From the human T2T-CHM13v2.0 reference genome, Homo sapiens, in the NCBI RefSeq assembly GCF_009914755.1, contig NC_060945.1: a stretch of 64,000 bases of DNA; one strand, 5' to 3'. The translations under genes were made by a program, and so were the position numbers. The notes below the pieces were generated by a model, which saw only the letters and a program-made list of their open reading frames with translations, ran no database searches and was not told where the DNA came from. This document shows positions 1-13,749 of the stretch, piece after piece. Each line of letters opens with the position of its first letter. Within the stretch, counting starts at the first letter, position 1.

Positions 1-461
1 AATACTGAAGATTAGAAGAGTTTAACCAAATTCCTGGTAGCAGCATGTCAGAAACGCTCATCAAATAACGGAACAGACCTTTCTTCACTGAATTAAATAA
101 ATGTATAAATAGTCTGGGGGTTTTACAGAAATTGCCTTAGTTGAACTTTGTGATTCTGGTTGCTTAAGGAAAACACATTTTTCTAAAACGTCCTCTCTCC
201 ATGTTTCCACTCCTTCCTCCCACCAACAGTTGTGGTCATTTTACAGAAAGTCTTATTTCCCCAATTTCCTCTCCTCACACTTCTCACCAGTGCAGACAGC
301 CAGTGTTTTGGGGGGAAAGAGAGCGAGACCCCAGGCTGCACATGCCAGCAAACCTGAGAAGCCAACAAAAGCAGGTCTCTGGGCTCTTTCCCATAAGGCT
401 CAGCACAACCTCACTCTGCTTCTGCATCGAGGAAATCTCGAAAGGGCTGTGCTTTCTTGGG

Positions 462-500
462 GCGTGTGTGTGTGTGTGTGTGCGCGTGTGTGTGGTGTGT
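462..500. repeat. (TG)n microsatellite with CG interruptions
   Basis: gcgtgtgtgtgtgtgtgtgtgcgcgtgtgtgtg. Confidence 0.9.
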
Positions 501-1444
501 GCAATTATATACCTGAATAACAATGACATACTCGTTATAAGAAAACTCACCAATATGTGGCTTTAGGCACGGAATAGAGAGGCAAAGTTATTCGGATTTA
601 ATCAGTACATGTCAAATCTTTGGAATATCCTTTCCTGTGCAATCCCCTCTCATCTGTTTAGAGACTCAAAGCAGCCCACGAAGTTTTTTGCATACTTTGC
701 CTCAGAGTCCAGGATTGCTTATGAAATGTATTTGTGTGGTGGATGCGTCAGAGTCTTAGAGCCAACATAAGAGTCCAGAGACTGAGCTGTAAGCATGATA
801 AAGCTGTCAATGACTGGCCCGTGGGAATGCTTGTTGAAGGCATATACACCTCCCTAATCATTTTCTTCAGTCTTTAATATGTAAGTGATACAGCTACCGT
901 TATTTTTTTCCCTGCAGCAATTCAAGCATTGCACCCCGGATTAAATCATGTATCTCTAAATATGTTGTTTTAATTCTTTCAAGTAAAAATAATTCCACAC
1001 TGAAAATTGTCAGAAAGCCATTACATGAGTTAATATTAACTTTTATGTCTGCAAAGATGAGTTTGTTGCTTATTCATGGGCAAATACAAGAGGCAAGTCA
1101 GACAGAGGTTATTGTCTACCTTCTCTCTCTTCTGTCCTTTACCTTTATCTCATAAAAGCCACCTCAGGAGTGGGGCTTTTGGTGCAGCTGATGGTGGGAT
1201 AAGGCCGGGGAAGTCTGGATCTAGAACAAAGTGAACCAAGGGTGAGCCTTATTCTATGCCCCTCAAGGATGCAGTGCCCTGGAAGGAGACAGGTCTGACT
1301 GAACACACCTGGCTCAGGTAACTTCCTGGTGCCAGTTTTGCAGACAGGTGAAGGAGCAGTGTGACCCGGTAGTAGCTCCAGAGACAAGCAATCTAAGAAG
1401 TGCTAAATCTTCCCTAAAAGAACACAAGGAGCCTGCTCCTACCT

Positions 1445-1602
1445 TTAAAAGGAGAACTGAGGGCAGAGAGGGAGAGAAACTAAGTTATAATTTATAAATA
1501 AAGGTTTATAAACATTTAGGAAATGCAACTTCTTTCTTGGATCCTTTATTTATAAGTTCTGACTTAGTTTCTCTCCCTCTATGCCCGTGATTCTCCATTT
1601 AA
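1445..1602. repeat. Inverted repeat, 60-bp arms (1445-1504 / 1543-1602), 38-bp spacer
   Basis: Manual alignment of the left arm with the reverse complement of the right arm: 51/60 identical, ungapped. Confidence 0.9.
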
Positions 1603-2689
1603 GAAGTTTTATTTGCTAAATATTACTCTGTTGAAATGAAAGAAAAAAAATGAGGGGGTAGATATTTCTGATAAAAAGGCCAGGCGAGAAAGTTGAACTT
1701 GACAGGTGTAGCCTCTGGAACACGTCTCTGGATGAATTCAGATGATAGTAGGGGGATCTCCACTCATCGTAATGCAGCTGGAATACACATAGTGAATTCT
1801 GTCACATGCCCAGGGAGAATTTCAGTCAGAAACATCTGTGCTGTTTTCACAAGGGAAAGGTCAGAACTCCCTGAGTAGTTCATGTGTCTGCATTTCTTTT
1901 GATGGGCATTGTGCCTCAACTAGAGAAGAGATCAATAAGCCAATAGCCGCCACTATCCAATTTGAATCCAGAAGTTCACACAACCTAATTCCAGAATACA
2001 GTTTGTGCTTCTAGATGAAAAATTCTAAAGCACAAGCACACAATTCCAGATATTTTAGCCACTATACAAAGATGAATCAGGGTCACGTGATCATGCTCAC
2101 GTCAGAAGATGCAGGAGAAGGACAAAGTTTTGCATTTTGGTACAAAACACGCATGTGCCAGCCACCCGATTCGTTTCCAGTAGGGAGCAGTTGAGTGGAA
2201 GGTCATGTCTGCACTACCTTAGGACTGAGGACCTACAGAGGGAACACTGGAAAGAATTAGCAACAGAATAAGCCAGGTTCTGTTTGATTCTGTCTCTCCC
2301 ACCCTGCAGCTCCAATTCAGAGCAGTCTTAATGTGCAGGGATCCGCATAGAACCAGCCAAGCAGGGCCTCTCGTAGTAGCCTGACCAGAAGTCACAGAGG
2401 CTGTGTAGGCCACTCATTCCCTCATTCAGAGTTCAGACATCCTGAGCCTGCCCATGTCCCTGAGATTACAGATAACACGAATCCTCAGAGTCACCGCTGG
2501 GCCATCAAAGAAAAAAGAGGGTGACGCAGAGAGGGAACACTGCAGGGGGGAATGCAATTCTTAGGGTGCTCTGAGGACCCAGGTGCCTGGGTTTGGGTTT
2601 CATTCACATCCTGCTTCAGTCGGAGCTGCCCTGGTGTTGGGCGGATGGCTATGGAACTCATGTGCATTTTCTTTAGTGTCTACACTGGA

Positions 2690-2862
2690 GGCTGATGAAG
2701 ATTTTATGGACCCTTAAGATTGCACAATGTGGGGGCTTTCTTTAGAGAAAACAAATGCAAAATTAGGACTGTACTATTAAGTACAAGGATTTGGATAGGA
2801 CCTGGGCAAGTGAGGAACCCTGAAGCTGAAGTTTCATTAACTTCTTGATAAATCCACTCTGT
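2690..2862 (-). mobile_element. Old hAT-Tip100-type DNA transposon fragment (Zaphod/MER115-like; family uncertain)
   Basis: Ends in ccctgaagctgaagtttcattaacttcttgataaatccactctg, resembling a recalled Tip100 terminus. Confidence 0.35.
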
Positions 2863-4142
2863 GTCATACATAGTAAAGCCCTGATACTTGTCTCTTGAAT
2901 GAATGGTTGAATTAACTTATGTACATTTTAGCTGCTGGCTGCTCTCTCAATAACTCTGAAAAATGATAAGCAAAAAATACCTATCATGTTTATCCATATC
3001 TAGTGATCAGTGATATATGGAAAACCAATCTTAATGCTATCTAGAATGTTTCTTGTTTCATTGGCACCTTGCCATGAAAGGTAGGTCCTTGTACTGTAGT
3101 TGAACCTTTAGGTCATATCTCAGCTCAAGGGTAAGATGCTATCAAAGCTGCTTTTCCTATGGTAGAATATGTGAGTACTGAAATTAACTGTGCGCTTTTT
3201 CCACTTGAAAAGCCCCCAACTTAAAACCTAAAGAACGTTATGCTAGTTGTGCCACTAGATCCTAGAATGGTATTGAATGCATGAATAATAAGCATCTTCC
3301 TGAGCAGACTTGAGGGCTTGCCCCAGTGGAATATCTGTGTCTCTGGTGAGAAGCCTTCCTCTTTTTTCCTTAGTTTCTATTAACGCTGTTTCCAATTTTC
3401 AATAGCAGTTAATTGTGTCATTTCTTGGTAGAAATGCTGGCTAAACCCATGCCTACCAAGCCAAATAATGTTCTCACTCAATGATGTTTACATTTTCAAA
3501 TATTTGCAGATTGATATCTTGCTTCATCTTAGACCTCTTTGCCAAAAAATACAAGGTCAGCTCCCTGAATCTTGCTTTCTTATTTCCTGAGTTATCCTTC
3601 ATGTCTATTCCAACCTTTAAAGGACAAATTTGAAAAGTTTATCCTCTGCTTTGAAAGTTTATGAAATTTGGCATCATTTGTACTCTTCCTACCAACGCCA
3701 TTCTCACATATCTGCTAGGAGGTAAAGAAAATATAATGAATCCTGGAGCACCTGGCTGCTGTGACTAGCATGCTCTAAATACTAAGAAATAAGAAACCTG
3801 CCCTGTCTTTTTTATATTGTCAGAAGTTTGTGGAAAGAATTTATATATGGACAGTGAGCTGTATTACATACAGACACAAACATACAAGTGACAAAAGCAG
3901 TGTGGGTGTGTATTTAGCTAGGACATTAATAACAAAACTGACTGTGTAGGTATAGAGAGGCTATCCCAATGTCAACAACATCAGAATACAATGGTACTGT
4001 ATTTTGAACGTCTTGTTTAATATATTTCAAATCTATAATTTTGACTTACAGTCAAAATTAAACATTAAGTGCACACAAAACAATTACCCTTTAAACAGTA
4101 TTTTTAAAAAGTGATGTCATAGTGACATTGACATCTGACATC

Positions 4143-4436
4143 TTTTTTTTTTTTTGAGATGGAGTCTTGGTCTGTCACCCAGGCTGGGGTGCAGTGATGT
4201 GATCTTGGTTCACTGCAACCTCCACCTCCCGGGTTCAAAGATTCTCCTGCCTTAGTCTCCCAAATAGCTGGAATTACAGGCACCTGCCACCACACCTGCC
4301 TAATTTTTGTATTTTCAGTAGAGATGGGGTTTCACCATGTTGGCCAGGCTGGTCTTGAACTCGTGACCTCAGGTGATCCTCCCACCTCAACCTCCCAAAG
4401 TGCTGGGATTACAGGCCTGAGCTACCGTGCCTGGCC
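4143..4436 (-). mobile_element. AluS (Sx/Sz-like), full length
   Basis: Poly(T) plus both arms; TSD-like gacattga(c/t)atct on both sides. Confidence 0.95.
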
Positions 4437-5361
4437 GACATTGATATCTTAACGTCACTCCTTAAAACGAGTTGGATATAATGTCAAACGACTTGATTCT
4501 TGTCAACAGGAATGCTGTGATAATCTGATTACGGAAGACTCAGGGTCTTGGTTCCTAGGCCCTAGGGACAGAAGAAGGCTAGCTTCTCCCAGACAGGCCA
4601 AAGCTGCTTTGAGGAGGGAAGGGGAGGTGAAGTCTCCACTCCATTGCCAGCAGGACACACCTGCCTGGGAACTGGGGGAGAACTCTCAGAGGCTGACCCT
4701 ATACTTCCTGTCTCTGGAGTCAGGGGACAGGGGTGATTCTGCTGGTCAGAAGGCAGGAGGGAGTGTCCTGAAACACAATTGAATTTGACAGCAAAGCACT
4801 GTCTATCCTGGGAAGTTCTGCTGGTGAGCGGAGTCCTGTGAGGGTCCTGGTAACCCTATCCCTGCAAGAAATAAGAAGGTCTGCACTCAAATAGGTTCAG
4901 AAAACCTTTCCTAGTTTAGGCCCCTCTTGAATCTTCACAGCAATCATTAACATTTTAAAAACCCCAAGAAGTTCTGCAGCAAAGACGTTCTTTAACTTTG
5001 AATCCAAGTTGTACATCCATTTTGGACCGCAGAACTGTCCACCACCTCCTCCCTGACCACAACTATGATTCCCTCCTCTGACTAATGTTTCACACAACCC
5101 CACGGGGGATGCTTTGGCCAACTGTGATGGGTGTGGAGTGGCAAGGCATCGTGCGATCCAAAGAACATGTGTGATGTCCAGGCTCCATTTAGGTGTAAGT
5201 TGTACTACTGGGGCCTGACTACCTCTGCATGTGACTGGCCAGCCTTCGGGATTGCGAAGTGGCTGCTTACAGTCAGCCCCAAAGAATTTTTTTTTACTTT
5301 CTTTCTGTTTCTTTATGTCCACCTTATTCCTAAAAGAATTTAAGTGAATTTACAAAGATAC

Positions 5362-5381
5362 ATACACACACACACACACAC
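5362..5381. repeat. (CA)n microsatellite
   Basis: atacacacacacacacacac. Confidence 0.8.
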
Positions 5382-7590
5382 CATGAAATAAAAGAGGAGG
5401 AAAATAAGAGTAAATGTCAAAAAGGCCATTTGATTAAATCATTTACTTACATAAATTTGACCTATTTTTAAAAATCACAGTTGAGTGCACACAGATCCAC
5501 AGTGCCAGAATCTTACTTTTGAGCTCAACATTAAATATAGATCTTAACTACATCTGAACTTAACTTAGCTTCCTATTTGAACCTGGGAATCAACTGGGCA
5601 CTCACTGAATGTAGTTTTACACGCACTGTATTTTACAATTCTTTTGAAAGACAATGTCCATTTTCCTCTGTGGATCTTTTAAATTTTATTTCACCTTTTA
5701 CACCCCTTTATGTATAATTTGTTTATACTGAGATTGTAAACTTTCTTCATTGGCTTAGACTCAGGTCTGGCACTAGCCTAAGGGACTAATCTCTGGTCCA
5801 TCAGGCCTGGGCTGGGAACCCTCTGTGGGATTCCCTCCCCATTCCCGGAGATAGCTGGTTCGCCCTGCTTGGCCCCACTTTACAATGGCCTGCTTACTTG
5901 TCCCTTTTCCCTACAGGGCTGCAAACTCTTTGACAATGGAGATTTTATGTAGTTATTTCTTTGTGCTTTCAGGGCATGGCCCAAGGTATTCTTCAAGCAA
6001 TATGTATTGAATCCACAGGCACTGACATGAAAGGCATAATTTTTGCTATAATTACATCTTTACTTTCACCATGAACTTACATCTACCTCATCCTGCAAAC
6101 GCACAGCAGAGGCCTTTTTATCTGAAGTCTTTTGAAAATATGTGTATGTGAAAATGGCTAACTGGTGTGTTCTCTCCCTTGGTGAATATTACAAAGTGAT
6201 AGATTGGCTGCTAGAATTGCGTAAGTGGGGTTATTAAGGAGGGAGACATCTTATTAAGGAGTGACAAGAAACAGGGAACCATGTGCTTAAGATATAGAAG
6301 TTGTGTAAACCCAACAGAGGAGAAATAGAAAACATGCAGGTTATTTTGGAAAGAAGAAAATGAAGACACTTGAAATAAAACAGAAAAGTAAATACGGAGC
6401 CAGCAGGGTTCAGCATGGGAGTGTGGGCTGGAAGTCTGATTCTGAGGAAGAAAACAAGGGGAAAAAATAAAAGAAAGAATATACTGCAATCCCAGGCTAG
6501 AAAGGGGTGATTTGATCCATGGAGCAGCAAATGCAGAAAACAACAAAATTAGCATCATTTCAGTCTCCTTCAAACGCTATGTCTAGATCTGGCTTGTGTT
6601 AGCATACCTGTGGCAATAAAGGTATTTGGGTCTGAATGTGTTTTAAATTTTAAATTGAAGAGAATTTTCTAACATTTACCCATTTTAAAGATGAAATATT
6701 ATAGGACTAAAACTTGTAAGGGCCACTTTTCTGTGATTACAATCAAGCGAATTTCATTGCAGCTGGGAGCAGCCTATGCCAGTATATGGCATTTCAGAGT
6801 CTAGGGCTGCATAAGGATATGTACATTTAAACATGAATTGTATAATTATGGATATTAACATGTCTAGTCCAATATCCTGGGAATGTTCCCTAAATGATAC
6901 TTTCTGCACAGCACTTTGCTTAGTTTTCAGTATCTGAAGAAATGGTCTGACTTGCTAGCCCTGTGATTGGTAGAAATGTATATTTGATGGGTTTTTAAAT
7001 CAATTCTCACTCAGATTTTGAATAGTCAGGCTTTAACCCTCAGTGATCTTCACCAAGTATATTCTTGCCAAGGGCTTACTCTGCAGGAGGCTGGGTGGTC
7101 CGTCTTATGTCGATTTAGAAGATATAAGTGACATCAAGGACTCAAGGAGCCTCCAGGCTGCTGCTGGACAGAGGTGTGGATAGGAAGACATGGAGGTAGA
7201 GAAACAGTAAAGAAAAACACCCAAAGCACAAGAAAGGCTGCAGTGTCCAGCAGAATGTGATGACATTGACATGAGAGGCCCTGACAAAGTTCCAGGGAAA
7301 GTCAGAGAGGGAAAGACCAGATCCCTTTGGGATGACTGTAAGAGGCACTGGGACATTTGAGATGTGCCTTGCAGAACAAGACGACTTCCAGGGTCAGGAC
7401 GGGGAGAAGCCTTCAGAGCAGGAGGAGTTACCATGCACCAGCAGGAGGGTGCGGGAGGTCGGCAGTGTGCACAGGGGCTGAGCTTACTGCAGGGAAAGAA
7501 TGGGAGAGTGAGGGCCACAGTCAGGACAAAGCTGGCAGCCAACAGTGCTGAGCACTCCTGAAAGGCCAGGCAGGGCTCTAAGTATTTCTT

Positions 7591-8182
7591 TTTGTTTGTT
7601 TGTTTGTTTATTATACTTTAAGTTCTGGGATACATGTGCAGAATGTGGAGGTTTGTCACATAGGTATACACGCGCCATGGTGATTTGCTGCACCCATCAA
7701 CCCGTCATCTACATTAGGTATTTCTCCTAATGCTCTCCCTCCTCTAGCTTCCCACCCTGCTGACAGTACCCAGTGTGTGATGTTCCCCTCCCTATGCCCA
7801 TGTATTCTCATTGTTCAATTCCCACTTATGAATGAGAATATGCGGTGTTTGGTTTTCTGTTCTTGTGTTAGTTTGCTGAGAATGATGGTTTCCAGCTTCA
7901 TCCATGTCCCTGCAAAGGACATGAACTTATTTTTTTTATGGCTGCATAGTATTCCATGGTGTATATGTGCCACATTTTGTTTATCCAGTCTATCACTGAT
8001 GGGCATTAGGGTTGATTCCAGGGCATTTGTGTTGGTTCCAAGTCGTTGCTATTGTGAACAGTGCTGCAATAAGCATATGTGTGCATGTGTCTTTATAGTA
8101 GAGTGATTTATAATCCTTTGGGTATATACCCAGTAATGGGATTGCTGGGTCAAATGGTATTTCTGGTTCTAGATCCTTCCAT
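7591..8182 (-). mobile_element. 5'-truncated L1PA (L1PA7/8-like) 3' end
   Basis: L1 3'UTR and ORF2 C-terminus (DLEPEIPFDPAIPLLGIYPKDYKS); perfect 17-bp TSD ggctctaagtatttctt at 7574-7590 and 8183-8199. Confidence 0.95.
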
Positions 8183-8439
8183 GGCTCTAAGTATTTCTTA
8201 ATCCTCACACAGGCAGGCTTTCTTGCTAACCTCTTTAGAGATGAGGAAAGCAGGGTGCAGAGGTTAAGTAACACGCTGAGGACACAGGCTTCAGAGAGGG
8301 GTGAAGCTGGCCTTTGAAGCTAGGTTGTCCATCTCTAGAAGCCACACCCTTAAGCCTCTGCTGCAGGAGGTGGGAGTTAAACATAGGCAATGAGAAGTCA
8401 TTGAATATTTTGGTTTTCTGGGTCCTGAGCTGCACTTTA

Positions 8440-9150
8440 GAAATACCAGTCTGGCAGTGATGATCAAGTGACTAATTCAAAGGGTATTTTGAGAGACTGA
8501 GTGAAAGGAATGAAGACCTGGACCAGCATGGTGGCTGTGGGAAGGGGCAGGAGAGACACCGGTGCAAGGGAGATTCAGCAGGTGGAATCTGGGGCTTGCA
8601 CTGATTGGATACAGGAGTACAGTTGCTTAAAGAGGGAGAGGTGAGAGAATGAGGACGCCATTGTTAGGAAACAAAAATCAGGAGATGTAGCTGGATTTAG
8701 GGAGAATAATATGCCTTCAGTTTTGGATGAGTCAGTTCTGGACTGCTCTCATTCCAGGAGATGTTGGAAACAGAGACTGGATCCCTGAGGAGATGCTGTT
8801 AGTGAGCATTGATTAACACCATGGGACTCTGAATAGGCAGTAGGGTAACTCAGAGGATGCCAAGAGAGAATAGAAAGATATAATAAAGGAGGATGAGCAC
8901 AAGACCTTGGGGAATATAATTACAAAGGATGGGGAAGAAGAAAAACCCACCACGCTGCAGGAGAGTGAACTCTCAGAGAGGCAGATAGATGAGCAATGAG
9001 TCTGCTGACCCACTGGTAACCAACAGTAGGAACTTTCTGAGGAAGACACAGTTAATGGCGCCACCCTTGACTCATATATCAGAGAAGAGGAGATGGAGGG
9101 AGTTGAAGGGAAGAAACAGTGGAATAGGAAGGCTTGGTAGCACCTTGCCA
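8440..9150 (-). mobile_element. Degenerate L2 fragment
   Basis: Purine-rich L2-like motifs (ttcagttttggatgagt, ccatgggactctgaat); boundaries approximate. Confidence 0.45.
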
Positions 9151-11849
9151 ACTCAGTTCAGATGAAAAGCCTGAGAGAAACTGAGAGATTATCATTTGGC
9201 TGGCAGAGCAGAGTTCTCAGGGTCCTGGAAGCTGGCTGTCTTCAAGCCTATTAATGGTTAATGTTTCTCATGCTCTTTTTTGCTAAATTTGACAAACCTA
9301 TTCCCCTTCCTCCTCAAAGTCAACTGAGTTATTCACTCAGTTAAATCTATCATGACTTAAAAAGTATATGCTTAGCTTGGAGAGGGGGTTACATCTGTTC
9401 TTGCAGTCACATAATTACTGGAGACATGAAGGAAGATTCCAGCAACTCAGGCGCCTTCTGAACAGGTTGAATACCTGGTTTTTATGAGCAACCCGCTTCA
9501 GTTTTCTGAGAAGCTCTGAGTAACTACAACTAAACAAGTCTATTCTTGAATATGTTTATAATAAAAAAGGAAAGATAATGCAGTTATTTGCTAATTGCTG
9601 CAATGATTAAAGCAAGATGTTTCAAGTTTATCCTTTCATAAGACCAGCAGCCTTTTGAACACAAACAGGATCTGACAAAGATAGTAATAATGAAAGCGGG
9701 AGAACAAGGAAACAATGCCAGTTTTCTTCAGAACAATCGGTTGCCACTGACTTCTAACCTACCTACAGTTTCAAGTTTCTTTGGCTGGGACTATATTCTG
9801 GTTTTTCAGTGCTGTACTGTGATTAAGCCAAACTTCAGAAAAAAAGGAAGTGCTGCATTGTAGCAGTATTGAAAGTTATGTAGGTGGATTTTTTAAAAAA
9901 ATATTACAGCCTAAATTTTCTTAGCAAAAGTCAAATGAGTAACAACACACAGTTTGGAAACATTTGGAGAGGAGAAAACAAATATCTGACAAGAGTACTT
10001 AAAATCTGAAAAAAAAAAAAAAAAAAGAAAAAAAAGAAAGTGGGAGGAGAGTGAGAAAAAGCCCCTGACAGGTAATGGTGGAAACCTGACAAATGGAAGG
10101 TCATTCTAATGAGAGAGGCGGCCTGGTCTCATGGAAAGAGACTTTGGCCTTTGGAATCTGACCTTCCTGGATGTGAATTCCAGGTGTGCAGACTCCTGGC
10201 AGCAATACTCTTGGGAAAGGTGCACTAATGTTCTGAGCTTCAATTTCTTAGTACATTATGGGGCATATGGGAAAGAGACAGAGGTGGGCTACTTCTCTCT
10301 CCACTCCAGGATGCCACCCTCCCACTGTTCCCCACCTTCCTTCTTCCCCAGGACCAGGCTGAGCTCAAGGCTTGTCCCTAAGGCAGCTGGTGAAGGAAAG
10401 GTTCGACTTGGTGGTAGAAGCCCTGGACTGGAGTCCCCACCTATGGGCTGAGGGATCCTCCACAAGTGATTCAACTTCTTAGTTTCTCACCTACAAAAGG
10501 CAGGGAAATTCCTGCCACAGGACAACAAGGAAGTTAAATGACATGATTTTTTGTGAAAGTGTTGTGGAAAGCACTTCTGTCTTCTATCTTATGAATCAGT
10601 AGGGAATGAGCATTCTCAAAATGACCAGAATGATTCCTAATTTCCTTTCTAAGGACCTGATTCCCTTTTCATACGTTCTTTTTGTTCTAAAAACAAAACA
10701 AAACAAAACTTACTTTGTAAAGAAAGCCTGAATTCCAGAGCCAGAGTCTGTCCGTTAAAAACTTTCAAGCTTTTTTTTTAAACTTATAAAAGGCGTTATA
10801 CCCTATAGCCACTCAAACTTTCATAAACAAGAGTTGCAATGTGAAAAAACTCACTTGCTGGGTTTGCCTCTATGAACAACTATTGTTGTCAATGCAAATT
10901 GAATCCGAAATTACCCTTGTCATTGTTTTTTTCTGGGGTTGCTTCTTTCATTTCTGTTAAAAATACACAGAAACATTAAAAAAGTAACTATCTCCTCTGT
11001 TTTATAAGGAGAAGAAGGGATAAAGAAAAAGAAAATCAACTTGGCATGCAAGTGAGCCTTGCTCTGGAATTTGGGTGGGTCTAGGAAAAAGCACCGACCT
11101 CAGTGGAAAACATATATGGGTGTGTGGGAAATCCCTGTAAACTATAAATTGACTACACAGTGCTTAAGCTGGTGTGGAGAGAAACCACAATACTCTCTGA
11201 AACCAGAGAGGAGGGGACAGAGAGCAAGTTTTGCACGAGGAGAGCACAAAGTGTCCCTGGGAGACAGAGCTGCTGGTAATTCTTAGCAGGCTTAACTGGA
11301 TCTATTGAAAGTGACCACTGTAAAACACCACTGTTGCACCCTGGGGTTCTCTGTGGGATGCCCCTACTTGTATCATGCAGGAACCCTATGGCCTGACTCT
11401 GCTTCACCCACACTTCTTCCCACCGCTCCCCAGCAAGGCCCCCCGCCCTGTTCAATTGCTCCTGTATGCTTCCCCACTTCACTGCCATTGCCTTTGCAGC
11501 TCCAATTCCTGGAAAGCATTCTTTCCCTTTTCTATTAGAATCTCATTATGTAGCTTCGAAGCCCTTCAAGGCCTGTCAAGACTCAGCTTTCCCTTCCCGA
11601 TGGGGCCTTACCTCTTCTACACTTTCTAAATGTTATCTTCTCCAGGCTGAACAAAACCTAGTGTGTCTCTTTGCTACTAAGGACTAATCAGATGCTGTGT
11701 CCTGATTCATTCGGTGTTGGTGTATCCCATATCTCCAATCAGATTACGAGCCCCTGGAGGGCTGACAGCACGTTGGACTTGGCTGAGCTAGAATCAGCTC
11801 CCTTTTGCACCCTGAGCTGAGTGCATGCAGCTCAGCATTTGTAATCCTA

Positions 11850-12110
11850 GCCTAATGCAATGTGAAATTTATTATCTCTCTTTTTACAAATGAGGAAACT
11901 GAAGATCAGGGAGACAGTGTGACTTGTCCAAAGTCACTAGCCCAGTTGCCTTTCAGAAGGCATCTCACTCCATCTTCAGGATGACCCCAGGGGCTAGGCT
12001 TTCACACTTTAACTCCTCCTAGAAGGTCATAACCTGAAGATCTGAGATTTGAACCCAAGTCTGTCTGGCTCCTACCCTGTACCTTTCCCACTATAGCATA
12101 TTGCCTCCCT
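11850..12110 (-). mobile_element. MIR (interrupted)
   Basis: Core ttttacaaatgaggaaactgaag...gacttgtccaaagtcac and gatttgaacccaagtctgtctg. Confidence 0.7.
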
Positions 12111-13094
12111 ATCACCAAAATGCCCAACACGAAGTTGAACATGGCATAATATCAAATGAACTTGTGATCATCCCGTTTTGTCAAAACTCAGAGAACATAA
12201 AAAAAAATCAGCAAATTTGACCAGAGCAGTGTATTTATGGCAAGACCAAGGCAAAACTTGATTCTGCATTCTTTGCATTATAGTAACAGACTGAAAAGGT
12301 TCATAAGTGTATTCATATTTAAGGGAGTGTGTAACTGTTTTACCTGGGTCAATGTAGAATTCCCTATACGTTGCATGCATCATCAGGAATTTCATATGCA
12401 GCAGATAGGCATACAGCCTGGTTTCTCCAACAGCCAAAGGCATTTCTGAGTGGCAACAACACTCTGATCTGGTGAAGCTGAGTCCATCTGGACATTGGGG
12501 AGCCCCAGGCCAGCAGGGTTTCTGCTAAGTGGACCTTTCCAAATCCTCTCAGGGACAAAACCTGGTTGGGCATCTTCAAGAAAAGATGCTCTTGTAAAGT
12601 TGGTGTAGCTGCTTAAATAAGCCCCGAATAGAGTCTAGTCCGTCTCTCTGTGCTTTTCTTTAAATTTCCCTTCATAGAAAGCTAAAACTTAAAGAGGTTT
12701 CAGAGAAGCTAGTCTGACCCCATCTCCCAGTATCATTGAGAAAACTGAAGCTCGGAGGGGCTGGGTCATTTGCCGGAGGTTTTGCAGGACACAGAAGAGC
12801 TTGTTCTCCTAATGTGGCCTAGAACTCTTCACCAGGCCTCCTCCTATCCCAGGTGGAAACTAAAGAGGAAAAGATGAAGCCAAACTCAGGCGGAAGCAAC
12901 ATAATTAAACTGGTTTATCGTTTGGCAACAGAGATCAGAGGAGTGAGTGGAAAGTGAAAATCAGTGAAACACTTGCAGTTTAAAAGAGGCATGCGATTCC
13001 TGCTTTTCCTAAGCAGTTGAAATGTGTTTATATGTCTTTCCTGGAGCTCTCTCATTGCTAATGTGGTCCTATAAGGGGAAGTCCTGGAGACTGA

Positions 13095-13313
13095 GCTGGG
13101 TGTATTTGAGTATTCTTCTCAATGGAAGGCAATGAGCTTGTGTGCTACACTGCTTAGGCCACACGATCCCCCAAGCCTGGGCTGCCAGACGTCGCCATCA
13201 TTGCTCCATGCAGATCATGCCCATCCTGTGCAGAAGGTCACTATAGGAACACATGGCACAGGGAAGAAAACGCCCATAGAAATTCACATGGTGCTTGTCT
13301 AAACCGAAGGCAG
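13095..13313 (+). other. Candidate alternative 5'UTR exon
   Basis: TATA-like TATAAG (13070) and GGGGAAGT upstream; strong donor CAG|gtgaga at 13313/13314. Confidence 0.35.
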
Positions 13314-13749
13314 GTGAGATCCACCCACTGTCATGGGAAGCTGCTAGCATGCTCCCATTTGTTTATAATAATTTCTCCACCGTTAGAGGCTGCTTTAAAA
13401 AGAAACGGCCAAAACCTGCGATCCGGTGCCACAATTGAGACAGAAAGCATGGGACCATGACAGTTTTAAGAATTACTAAAGTATGAGGCTTGACCAGATC
13501 ATTTTTCCAAGGATCCAGAGCCCTTTAGAGAGAATTCAAGAGGGAGAATTTCTGGTGACTTCTACCACCTCTGAAGAATTAAAAAACTTACTTGTGCTGC
13601 TTTCCAGGCCTCTGTGGTAGTTAATTCTGCTTGGCAGTTTTTGTTGTCAAATAGCTTTTAAGAAATCTGGAGCTATCTCAGATATAAATACCTTAATGAT
13701 GCCAGAGGACTGTCTTTCACCCATAAAAACTGAAGCCATGTGCCAGAAG

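Noticed and set aside
1028-1041. Perfect palindrome AGTTAATATTAACT resembling an HNF1 site
   Set aside because: Lacks the central spacer base of GTTAATNATTAAC; AT-rich palindromes of this size arise by chance.
7777-8274. ORFs with L1 ORF2-like peptide
   Set aside because: Fragments of a 5'-truncated L1, not a gene.
11812-11835. 8-bp stem ctgagctg...cagctcag
   Set aside because: Too short to be significant.
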